Source: Anaerolineales bacterium (GTDB lineage Bacteria > Chloroflexota > Anaerolineae > Anaerolineales > UBA4823). Taken from it: 64,000 bases of DNA. The notes under the pieces were generated by a model. The model had not been told where the DNA came from and did no database searches. It saw nothing but the letters and a program-made list of their open reading frames with translations. Made by a program: the position numbers and the translations under genes. The DNA lies in contig JAOSJQ010000018.1 of the NCBI GenBank assembly GCA_027494035.1, positions 28,920 through 92,919 on the forward strand. The letters are read 5' to 3'. The stretch's first letter is position 1. Each line of letters starts with the position of its first letter. This document shows, one piece after another, positions 18,729-27,203 of the stretch.

Positions 18729-20008
18729 TTATGCCTATTCAGACACAGTTTCCAATGGGGTTCTTCAATACGCACCTTAGCAGTCAATGGAATGACGTCA
18801 CGCCACCAGACGGATGGACGTGGACACTTCCCTTCAACATTCAAAAAAATGGGAGAGTGTTCAGACCCGATCCCACGTGGGATATTTCAGCGCAAGTTCC
18901 TCGCGACGGCGGTCTACGTTACGTGTCAAAATCCGGCAACGATACAACAGGTGATGGGTTGACGTGGGAAACCGCGTGGAAAACAGTCACAAAGGCCTAC
19001 ACTGCTCTTGGTTCAACCCCCAATGTATGTATTTTTATCGGCGAAGGGATATGGGGCTGGAATGATGGTTGGTCCAATGCGACGCAAAGCGTAACGCGTT
19101 CCTTTGTGGGAGTTGGCAACGTTGAAATTGACACGTATTACATTGTGAACCCGTACTCACTCACCACAGGGAAGATGTACACCTACGAGTCCACTGGCCT
19201 GGTAGGGCCCATAAGCAGTGTACTTGATTACGGGCACAGAGACTCTGATGGAATCCCATCTTTGTATGCCACCAAAACAACAATTGATGACGTTGAGGCG
19301 ACTGCGGGATCGTTCTATTACGATACTGTCGCCAAAATCCTCTATGTCCACACTCTGAACGAATCGGCCCCCGATGCGAACGTTCGTTCGCAGTATATGG
19401 GCAGCAATTTTTTAAGTACTAATGTCTCAGGAGTTCAGCTATACGCTGAAAATTTCAAAGTTTATCGTACTCCAACGAGTATATCGTCTAGCGGTGGAAT
19501 CACGTATTTAAACAATGTCCACTTGGGATACATAGGTATGAGTTTCACGAACAATACAACGGCTATCCTGCGAGATTGTAGTTGGAGATCCTCCCTCAAG
19601 ATGGGTGTCGCTACGCAAGAAGACCTACTCTACGGAAGTGCAGCAAAGATCATCGAAATTGACTGTGAGGGATCGTATTCTGGCGGCTCCACCTATATTG
19701 GCAGTAATGCCACCACGAACCATGACGCGGGCGAAAACGTCATCATTAATGGAGAGTATCACCACACTTATGGTCCGCCCATTGGTTTCATCGGTAACGG
19801 AAAGTGCTGGCTACTTGGAACGTATTCTCACGATAACCTCGCTACTTCGGCCAATTACTACAGCTACCAACTTGACGAAGCCGTCGCCTACCTGGATTGT
19901 TGTAGGTCATCAGGCTCTGTCAAGGATATTGGCCCAATGAGCGAAATTGTCCATGTGCGCGACTTCATCGGCGGGGCCACGAGTGACGCATCACTTGTCG
20001 CATATTGA
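18725..20008 (+). CDS. predicted beta-helix / tailspike-like protein without a signal peptide
   Basis: YVSKSGNDTTGDGLTWETAWKTV motif typical of the start of pectin-lyase-like folds; Thr/Ser/Gly/Tyr/Asn-rich. Confidence 0.6.
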   Translation: MIMPIQTQFPMGFFNTHLSSQWNDVTPPDGWTWTLPFNIQKNGRVFRPDPTWDISAQVPRDGGLRYVSKSGNDTTGDGLTWETAWKTVTKAYTALGSTPNVCIFIGEGIWGWNDGWSNATQSVTRSFVGVGNVEIDTYYIVNPYSLTTGKMYTYESTGLVGPISSVLDYGHRDSDGIPSLYATKTTIDDVEATAGSFYYDTVAKILYVHTLNESAPDANVRSQYMGSNFLSTNVSGVQLYAENFKVYRTPTSISSSGGITYLNNVHLGYIGMSFTNNTTAILRDCSWRSSLKMGVATQEDLLYGSAAKIIEIDCEGSYSGGSTYIGSNATTNHDAGENVIINGEYHHTYGPPIGFIGNGKCWLLGTYSHDNLATSANYYSYQLDEAVAYLDCCRSSGSVKDIGPMSEIVHVRDFIGGATSDASLVAY

Positions 20009-20190
20009 TCTAACCAGCGCGGCCCACTAAGGCACAATAGGCCGGTTAGCAGGCCACCAAAACCCATAACCACCTGAATAACCGGCTATTCAAAAGCCGC
20101 CGCTGCACATGACTAAGTGTTAGATTTCTCAACCTAATTCTGCAACACTTGAACAGCACTTCCATTTTCTGATAACATCAATTTCAGCCT

Positions 20191-20715
20191 GTGCGCAAGG
20201 AATGGAAACCACTTCCAGCGCCCATCACTTTCGAGCAAGTGTCTCACTTCGCTCAAGAAGCCCTATTGCAAAGCGGTCATCACGCGCCAACCCTGATCAT
20301 TGACGGCAGCGCCCGACCTGTCGTGGTGCAAATCGACGGGCTGGCTCCCACTTTCGAGGGCCGAGTTCAACAGATGTTTGTGGCCGGACAGGCTCTCGCT
20401 CGCGATGGCAATGCCGGGCAACTGCGCAGCGTCTACTTTGTGACTGAAGCTTGGCTTAGTCAGGCTCAGGAAGGGAAATTGCCCGACGTTCCGCCTTCCC
20501 AAGACCCCCAGCGCAAAGAAGTGCTCATTGTCGATGGGGTAGAGGCCAAATCGCATCGAGCGAGAGTGGCGATTTACGAAATGCTGCGCGACGAACAAGG
20601 AAATCTACGCGAAATCCGCGAGCTCAGACTTCCCGATGATTCGTCTACCTCTTCTGATAGCCCGCTGCTGGAGGCATTCCTCACCGGTTTTTGGGCGAGA
20701 GATGGATTGCGGTGA
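20191..20715 (+). CDS. hypothetical protein
   Basis: 174-aa ORF. Confidence 0.6.
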   Translation: MRKEWKPLPAPITFEQVSHFAQEALLQSGHHAPTLIIDGSARPVVVQIDGLAPTFEGRVQQMFVAGQALARDGNAGQLRSVYFVTEAWLSQAQEGKLPDVPPSQDPQRKEVLIVDGVEAKSHRARVAIYEMLRDEQGNLREIRELRLPDDSSTSSDSPLLEAFLTGFWARDGLR

Positions 20716-20732
20716 ATGCCTCCCCAATGGTC

Positions 20733-20981
20733 TCAGTGTTCTGTGTCTTTCGGCGGATTAGGATCGTTACCGGGTTTGATCGTGTCCTTGCTCCGAATCT
20801 TGCCGTCACGCCCCTTGATAATCAGCTCGCCGCCGCCCTGATTTTGTAGGTTCTCGTGGGCAGCATTGGACGCATCGCCCTGGGTATCGTGAACACTCGT
20901 TGCCCGATCACTGTCATTGCGTTTGTTGACCCACTTGCCGTCTTCGCGCCGGTAGACGATTCTGTCTTGCTTCTTGCTCAT
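20733..20981 (-). CDS. DUF2188-family small protein
   Basis: W...RATSVHDTQGDA...GGGELIIKGRDGKIRSKDT signature. Confidence 0.8.
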   Translation of the reverse strand: MSKKQDRIVYRREDGKWVNKRNDSDRATSVHDTQGDASNAAHENLQNQGGGELIIKGRDGKIRSKDTIKPGNDPNPPKDTEH

Positions 20982-21009
20982 TTTGAGACTCCCTGTTTGA
21001 TCGTTAGCT

Positions 21010-22407
21010 TCAATCAGAATTTCTGATGTTTACGTAGAAGCGATTGCTTCGCCCCACACACACACCATTCTGGACGATGAAGCATTCAATCCAGTGTTTT
21101 CCGGTGTACTGGGTGATCTCCCAATTTACCAGAGGGTTATTTGGATCGGTCTGCCTATTTCGACCTCTACCCTGAAAGAAGTCTCCACGCAGTCCGCCCT
21201 CGTTTTTGGCGTGTTCACCTGTGTTGACAACTTGCCAGTGAACTTCGTACTCACCTCGGCAACCAGTAGAGGCAACAAACTTAATTTCCAGCCCACCTTG
21301 GAGAATCCGCCCATTCGAGTTGAGTCCACTGGGATTGCCCACACCTGGATGCACGTAAGCATTAAGCCTGACCTTTGCCTTCTGCTGCAATTTGACAGGC
21401 CATGGGGGTATTCTTGCGTGTGAAATGCTGCTCAGGGTTATAGCGGATGCGGCCTTGCGTGTTTCCTCGGCTTCCTCTGAGTCATATAACGGGAACTTGT
21501 CACCGAAGATTTGTCTCCATAACTCTGAGCTCTGGAGATCATCAGTTTCATCACGTGCCACTATGGCAAGGGCAAGGCTTTCGTTCACGCAATCGAGAAA
21601 GACTTGAAATTCTTCCGGACTCATGCTGGTCTTGATGATTTCGCCGGGCAGTCCTGGGTCGGCAAGGGAAGGTACAGTGGTTGCACTGAAATACTTGAGC
21701 GATATATTGGTCAGAACAGCAACAAAATGGTCGGCCCATTCCTTTCGCGTCGGGTCAAAATTCTCACCGGTCAGGCACTCCACCCAAAATCCTTTGGGCT
21801 TAGGTCGTTCAACGTCCGGCTGCTTAACCTCACATTGGTATTTCCACCACCACTTCATCATTTTCACAAGCGGAACATACCGGCCTTGACTGCATTCTTC
21901 CGAATTAAGTGTGGTAGTGTGCTTGAGGTGACCTCTGGGGTGGCTGGGAATCCATACTTTTAAATCCCTGTCAGGGACCAAAAGAGGCTCATCCGCTGTT
22001 GTCTGTACCACTGCCGGAATGATGTCCAGTGTCAACTCAACACCATCACGATCTGGTAGAGGCTCATCCACTCGAATCGACCGCCGTTGGTAGGCCGTTT
22101 CAGGGTTTTCGTAGCACTCGCCTAAGGCCGCCTTGAACCGTCTCAATACCTTCTGGGGGTTGTTGTCGGGATCGGTGGTATCCAAGTCGGTGAGAATAAC
22201 AATATCCACATCCTTGATATCACCGACCGCCGTATGGCGTCTGTAGGAACCATAGAGAAACGAACCGGTAATTACCTCGGCCAGCTTGCAATCGGTTTGA
22301 AGACAGCCTCGCACATAAGTATGTGCTTCGACGGCATGGTTGACAGCCTTCGTTTCAGGCTCAAGGTTGCTAAGGAAGGCATCGAACAGACTGTTTAGTT
22401 TACCCAT
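21010..22407 (-). CDS. CBASS CD-NTase (SMODS nucleotidyltransferase) with a C-terminal AGS-C domain
   Basis: GSYRRHTAVGDIKDVDIV catalytic motif; C-terminal WQVVNTG...LRGDF...YTGKHWIECFIVQNGVCVGRS. Confidence 0.9.
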   Translation of the reverse strand: MGKLNSLFDAFLSNLEPETKAVNHAVEAHTYVRGCLQTDCKLAEVITGSFLYGSYRRHTAVGDIKDVDIVILTDLDTTDPDNNPQKVLRRFKAALGECYENPETAYQRRSIRVDEPLPDRDGVELTLDIIPAVVQTTADEPLLVPDRDLKVWIPSHPRGHLKHTTTLNSEECSQGRYVPLVKMMKWWWKYQCEVKQPDVERPKPKGFWVECLTGENFDPTRKEWADHFVAVLTNISLKYFSATTVPSLADPGLPGEIIKTSMSPEEFQVFLDCVNESLALAIVARDETDDLQSSELWRQIFGDKFPLYDSEEAEETRKAASAITLSSISHARIPPWPVKLQQKAKVRLNAYVHPGVGNPSGLNSNGRILQGGLEIKFVASTGCRGEYEVHWQVVNTGEHAKNEGGLRGDFFQGRGRNRQTDPNNPLVNWEITQYTGKHWIECFIVQNGVCVGRSNRFYVNIRNSD

Positions 22408-22413
22408 CGTGCC

Positions 22414-23712
22414 TCACATTGTATTGGTCAGCGTTCCGGCCAACCGATATTCGGTTCTGGTTTCATCCAGGTAGTACAGAGAGAGCGGACAAATAGCGTT
22501 GAGGTGGTATCCAATCAAACAAGCGAGAGCGGCAGGCATTGCCCCAAATACATGAATATGGGTTGCTCCCCACCGGTCACAAAGATTCTTTGTCTTGCGC
22601 GCAATCTCCTGAGAAATAGACAGGGCGTGAGCAGCATTGACGACCCGCCCATCAGGGAGAGAAAAACCCAGCACGGCCTGTGGGGGAGAGGGCCAACTGG
22701 AGACAAAGTCTCTTACGGAAGAAGTTATGTTTCGCGGGGAGAGATTCAGCACCACCGCCACTTCACTACTCTGGCTATTTAGAAACACTGGCAGATCGTC
22801 GAATATGCCGGTTGTTTTGGCAGGTAACCCCGTCGTCGCCCAAACTCCATTCCTGGCGATTATGCGGAGATTGAAGCGCGTGACTCCTCGAAAAACCCAA
22901 CCAACCAGAAAGGCCAGAGATAGCCTGGTTTGCAGGTGTATAGTGAGTTCCTTCGAGAAATCCGGAGGTTGAATCACGGCTCGTAATGCGCTCAGTGTTT
23001 GATGAGCCTTTACAAATTGTCCTGGAGACTCTTCTTCACTCACCACGAATTGGTGCAATGACACCTGTACGTCTGCTTGTCCCCGAAAGCTAACGTCGGA
23101 AAAACTGGAAATGCCAATGTTCAACGAGTAGGGTTCAACTCTCACAATCCCGCCGAGAGTCTGATCGATGTGCCTTCTTAGGTCTTCGCCCGATACTGGC
23201 CATTCGATGGTCTCTTTTGAAACACCGTTGAGTCCAGGGAAGACAAGGCTCTCGAAGTTATCAGACGGAAAGTGCTTGGTGAAATGTTTGTACAAAAGAT
23301 CAGGATAGTCTGAGAGTTGATCCATCAGCTTTTCCCAAAACACGATTTCAACGGGGAAGCGGTTCTGTGCTATCCGCTCCTCGCTCACCGCCAACACGTG
23401 ACTCTGAGTTTCCCCATCTGTGGCGGCACTTGTGACAATAATCATCTTGTTGAGGGCAGGGGCAAACCCTTCTGCTCGGCCAATCTCATCATCAACTTCT
23501 TTGTTTGAAATTTCGTCGGTCGTGCGGTGTTTACATTGAATGCCGAGCAGACCGTTTTGTGTTTGACCCACGACATCCACTCCATGCTGGCGCTGACCTC
23601 GACGCGCATATCTTTGGAAGTTATCGCTTTGATAAGTCCGAGAATAAACATCACAGACAATGTCTTCAAATGTTTCCCAATCTCTAGGTTTAGGGAATAT
23701 GAATTGTGCCAT
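22414..23712 (-). CDS. CBASS effector: restriction-endonuclease-like domain plus SAVED sensor
   Basis: N-terminal FEDIV...QHGVDVVG...IQCK; C-terminal HIHVFGAMPAALACLIGYHLN; 6 nt from the CD-NTase gene. Confidence 0.85.
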   Translation of the reverse strand: MAQFIFPKPRDWETFEDIVCDVYSRTYQSDNFQRYARRGQRQHGVDVVGQTQNGLLGIQCKHRTTDEISNKEVDDEIGRAEGFAPALNKMIIVTSAATDGETQSHVLAVSEERIAQNRFPVEIVFWEKLMDQLSDYPDLLYKHFTKHFPSDNFESLVFPGLNGVSKETIEWPVSGEDLRRHIDQTLGGIVRVEPYSLNIGISSFSDVSFRGQADVQVSLHQFVVSEEESPGQFVKAHQTLSALRAVIQPPDFSKELTIHLQTRLSLAFLVGWVFRGVTRFNLRIIARNGVWATTGLPAKTTGIFDDLPVFLNSQSSEVAVVLNLSPRNITSSVRDFVSSWPSPPQAVLGFSLPDGRVVNAAHALSISQEIARKTKNLCDRWGATHIHVFGAMPAALACLIGYHLNAICPLSLYYLDETRTEYRLAGTLTNTM

Positions 23713-23896
23713 ATGGTCTCTGCCTCAACTCCACCACTCAATACGCGGACTTCTATTTTTTGTAATAACTATCTATTTAATTATCGTATACCACAAGAAC
23801 GCTGCTTTTTCACTCCTACAAGAATAGAACTAAAATTCTGAGGAGTCTATCAGAAAGATGTTAGAAAATCCGTTCTGCTCTTTCCAAAACAGTGGG

Positions 23897-24484
23897 TTAC
23901 AGATTCAACCTCTTCACTACCTCCTCGAGCTCATCATCCGTAATCCCCAAATACCGCTTGGTGTACGCCAAACTGGCATGGTTGAGCTTGTACATAATGA
24001 GTGCGAGATCGACACCGTTCATGCGAGCATGATACCCCCAGGTTTTGCGCAAACTATGTGTTCCGAAGTTGCCGCGCAGACCGATGTCTTGGCATATTCC
24101 GGTGATGAACTTCCAGGCTTGCCCGCGTTTAATTGGCTCACGAAAATTGTTCGCCTTGGAGTTGAAGAAGACATGATTATCGGGATCGCTGGTGACACCA
24201 GGATAGGCAGACAAATATTCGTTGAGTGCTTCTCTAATACTGTCGTTGATCACAATCTCCTGGCGCTTACCTCGCTTCTCCTCTTTAATCACAGACCGGC
24301 GGCGGATATGGTTGTGTTCGTCCATAAAGTGGCTAACACGCAATTGGAGCAAGTCCGAAATGCGCAACGCCGTGTTGATCCCCACCACAAACAGCAGCAG
24401 GTCGCGGTAGCGTCCTTCGCCGCGCAACTGGTTTTTGATTTGCGCAATGCGTTTGCGGTCGCGAATGGGTTCAACAAAGTTCAT
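23897..24484 (-). CDS. short tyrosine recombinase (catalytic domain only)
   Basis: NTALRISDLL, HSLRKTWGYH, LNHAS...TKRYLG (R-H-R-H-Y). Confidence 0.92.
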   Translation of the reverse strand: MNFVEPIRDRKRIAQIKNQLRGEGRYRDLLLFVVGINTALRISDLLQLRVSHFMDEHNHIRRRSVIKEEKRGKRQEIVINDSIREALNEYLSAYPGVTSDPDNHVFFNSKANNFREPIKRGQAWKFITGICQDIGLRGNFGTHSLRKTWGYHARMNGVDLALIMYKLNHASLAYTKRYLGITDDELEEVVKRLNL

Positions 24485-24514
24485 ATTTTCTTCGGGTGTT
24501 GGTGTTTAGTGGTT

Positions 24515-24647
24515 TGTAGTGAACACAACCGCTGTATAAAGCAAATATGTTCACCAAGAACAGCCTAACAGACAGGGCAACCAGTGACAAGCACCGATTT
24601 ACCGGGTATTTTCAGGGTGTAGTGAACTCAATAGATATTGTGTTTAC
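24515..24647. promoter_or_regulatory. candidate recombinase binding/crossover site upstream of the tyrosine recombinase
   Basis: Inverted repeat GTGAACTCAATA-GA-TATTGTGTTTAC (24622-24647, 10/12 match); direct repeat TGTAGTGAAC(A/T)CAA at 24515 and 24618. Confidence 0.45.
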
Positions 24648-24733
24648 ATGGGTGTTTGACTGCTACGGTTGGGGTGGTCGCAGCGAATAGCTTGTTGATG
24701 GCGATCATCCCAGCTACTACAATGACCTCAGCT

Positions 24734-24964
24734 ATGACAGATACAACATCTACAACGAACCACCCAGAACATACCACTGACGTGAGTGCCTCAGTCGAGA
24801 CAAGTGGGGTACTCTCCACAGTTGCCCCAATCACCATAACGGCCAGTGAGTTACGCAAAAGTCCCGGCCAATTCTTGGACCGTGTGTTTTATCGCGGCGA
24901 GAGCTTTTTAGTGGAGAGGGCAGGGAAGCCGATGGCGGTGATTGGGCCGGTCCGCAAACAATAG
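24734..24964 (+). CDS. Phd/YefM-like antitoxin-fold protein
   Basis: [38 protein letters not shown]. Confidence 0.7.
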   Translation: MTDTTSTTNHPEHTTDVSASVETSGVLSTVAPITITASELRKSPGQFLDRVFYRGESFLVERAGKPMAVIGPVRKQ

Positions 24965-25023
24965 AACGGGTCACTGCAATAGCGGCTTAGTGTTTCGATA
25001 TCAGATCGAAACATTCAAATCGC

Positions 25024-26235
25024 CTAGTTGGCGGTAGTTCCATTCAAGTCGCCTTTCGCTTTGAGCGCAATTTCCCTGCTGGTATACGCTGTCATATCAC
25101 TCGGGTTCCTGCGAAGTGCTTCATCAAAGTCGGCAATCGCCCCGTCATGGTCACCTTTCAGGTGGCGCGCAATTCCCCGGTTGGAGTACCCCAGTGCATC
25201 CGCCGGGTCCAGCCGGATCGCTTCTGTACCGTCAGCAATAGCCCCGTCATGGTCGCCTTGCACTAGGCGCGCATATCCCCGTCTGTTGTAAGGCCATTTA
25301 TCCTTCGGGTCCAGCCGGATCGCTTCGGTATAGTCAGCAATAGCCCCGTCTAGGTCGCCTTTCTCCTGAAACATATATCCCCTGTTGGTATACGCCACTG
25401 CGAACCCTGGATTGAGGCGAATCGCTTCGGTATAGTCAGCGATAGCCCCGTCGAGGTCGCCTTTCTCCCGGCGCGCAAGTCCCCGGTTGTTGTACGCCAC
25501 TACCAACGCTGGGTTCAGGCGGAGTGCTTCGGTATAGTCAGCGATAGCCCCTTCATGGTCACCTTGCTTACGGCGCACCTCTCCACTTTGTAGGAAAGCG
25601 TGCGCATTCCGCAGCGCTCTGGACGTGGAAGTTGTCTTGGTAGTTCGCGCTGGAGATGCCGCAGACTTGGATGGCGACGGCTCTTGCTTGAGATAGTTAT
25701 ATGACTGCGTCACCCACAGTACCACCATGAAAAGATTCACTACCCGATATACCCAGTTCACAACAAACGAAAACCAACCACTGGGAAGATCAAATTCGAT
25801 AGGTTCGGAGTCTTCTGCGCTCAAACTCACATGCGCTCCGGCCTTCGCTGACCAAAGCAGGTAGCCCATGAATCCACTGACACCAAATTCCTCTTCGTAG
25901 GCTGCGTAGAGTTCCTGCTTGGGGTCTTCGTAGTCTTCCTGGAGTTGAGAAATCACCTCAGAGGTGTAGCGTAGATGGCTGAAGTAGTACCAGGCACCAA
26001 AGCAGATCAAACCGATAAGAATAGCGCGTTTCAGATACTTTGGTTTAGGAGACGGTTTTCCGTGGCCCACATCGTCAGTTGACGCAATGAAAAACGTGGA
26101 GACTACAGCAATGACCGGCACAACAAACTGGCTAAGCTCCTGAAAGGCATGAGCCGGAATAATCGAAGCCAACCAATTGAGTCCGTACGTCAACCCCAAG
26201 GCAACCAACAAACAAATAGCGTGGAAAAAAATCAC
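25024..26235 (-). CDS. membrane-anchored tetratricopeptide repeat protein
   Basis: N-terminal TM helices; about five 34-aa repeats of the type GDxDGAIADYTEAIRLNP. Confidence 0.9.
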   Translation of the reverse strand: MIFFHAICLLVALGLTYGLNWLASIIPAHAFQELSQFVVPVIAVVSTFFIASTDDVGHGKPSPKPKYLKRAILIGLICFGAWYYFSHLRYTSEVISQLQEDYEDPKQELYAAYEEEFGVSGFMGYLLWSAKAGAHVSLSAEDSEPIEFDLPSGWFSFVVNWVYRVVNLFMVVLWVTQSYNYLKQEPSPSKSAASPARTTKTTSTSRALRNAHAFLQSGEVRRKQGDHEGAIADYTEALRLNPALVVAYNNRGLARREKGDLDGAIADYTEAIRLNPGFAVAYTNRGYMFQEKGDLDGAIADYTEAIRLDPKDKWPYNRRGYARLVQGDHDGAIADGTEAIRLDPADALGYSNRGIARHLKGDHDGAIADFDEALRRNPSDMTAYTSREIALKAKGDLNGTTAN

Positions 26236-26318
26236 TCTATCCCCCTCATAAGGGTGTGCAGTGAATCAAGTACTCCAAATAAACCAATCCGACCCATTCC
26301 AGACTCTGGCTTACATCG

Positions 26319-27203
26319 TCAACCTTGTCTGGGAACCAATGCTTCAGTTTTCAGTGCGCCTGCCACTATCCAGACAGGCTCAGTGAGAACCCCTTCCTGA
26401 GTAATCTGTTCACTCGTCGTGAACCAAAACACCCGCCCGCCTCCGACTTGCTCCGCCTCTTCCCGCAGGTTCTCCAACCGCTTCGGTCCAGACGTGACAG
26501 TCAGCACACGCAAACTGCGCGTCCCATATCGGCGCTCGTACTGTCCGCTGGCAATGTACGCCTGGTAAGCCAGAACTTTGTCGCGAAAACGGGCCCGCGT
26601 CATCGTTCCCCGGTCGAGTTCCAAAAAGAAACACGCTCGGCCTTGGGGAACTTGCAACACACAGTAGCCATCCGGGATCAGTGATACGGTGCGTTTCCGT
26701 CCTTGCGGTGTCTGAATGACCACCCGGTCATAATCGGCCTTAAGCTGGTAATCATCGAGCCACATCTCCAGCGTGTATCCCTGCTCTCGCGCGGCCACCA
26801 TCACCGCCACGCGAAAGTCATTGATTTGCAGCAAGTGCTCCAGAAACAGCGGGCTCAACTCCTGGTTGTTGGGCGGCTTTCGGATATCCTTCGGGCCACA
26901 ATCCAGCACTCGTCGTAGTACGTCCACACCTCGCTTGCCTAGCACATAGAGCGCTGGACTGCTAGCCAGTCCTCCCAGTGTAGGCAGAAAATGCCGGTCC
27001 AAAAAGCCGTGTTGGTACAGCCGCGACAATCGGTACGAAGCCGTACTCTGCGAGCCGAAATACAGCGCTTGCAGTTGGTCTCCGCGCATTATTCGGAAGT
27101 CATGTACCGCCTTCAGGATTTCGATGTCTCGCTCCATCAGGCGCATGGGCGGGGGTTCGTCCGCTCGCCGGTTGCGTGGTAATCGCCCCATGGGTTGTCT
27201 CAA
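26319..27203 (-). CDS. replication-relaxation (Replic_Relax) family protein
   Basis: LMERDIEIL, HLLQINDFRV, LIPDGY, FLELDRGT, LRVLTVT. Confidence 0.85.
   Translation of the reverse strand: MRQPMGRLPRNRRADEPPPMRLMERDIEILKAVHDFRIMRGDQLQALYFGSQSTASYRLSRLYQHGFLDRHFLPTLGGLASSPALYVLGKRGVDVLRRVLDCGPKDIRKPPNNQELSPLFLEHLLQINDFRVAVMVAAREQGYTLEMWLDDYQLKADYDRVVIQTPQGRKRTVSLIPDGYCVLQVPQGRACFFLELDRGTMTRARFRDKVLAYQAYIASGQYERRYGTRSLRVLTVTSGPKRLENLREEAEQVGGGRVFWFTTSEQITQEGVLTEPVWIVAGALKTEALVPRQG

Noticed and set aside
25100-25570. About 102-bp DNA repeats
   Set aside because: Fully explained by the 34-aa TPR units of the encoded protein.
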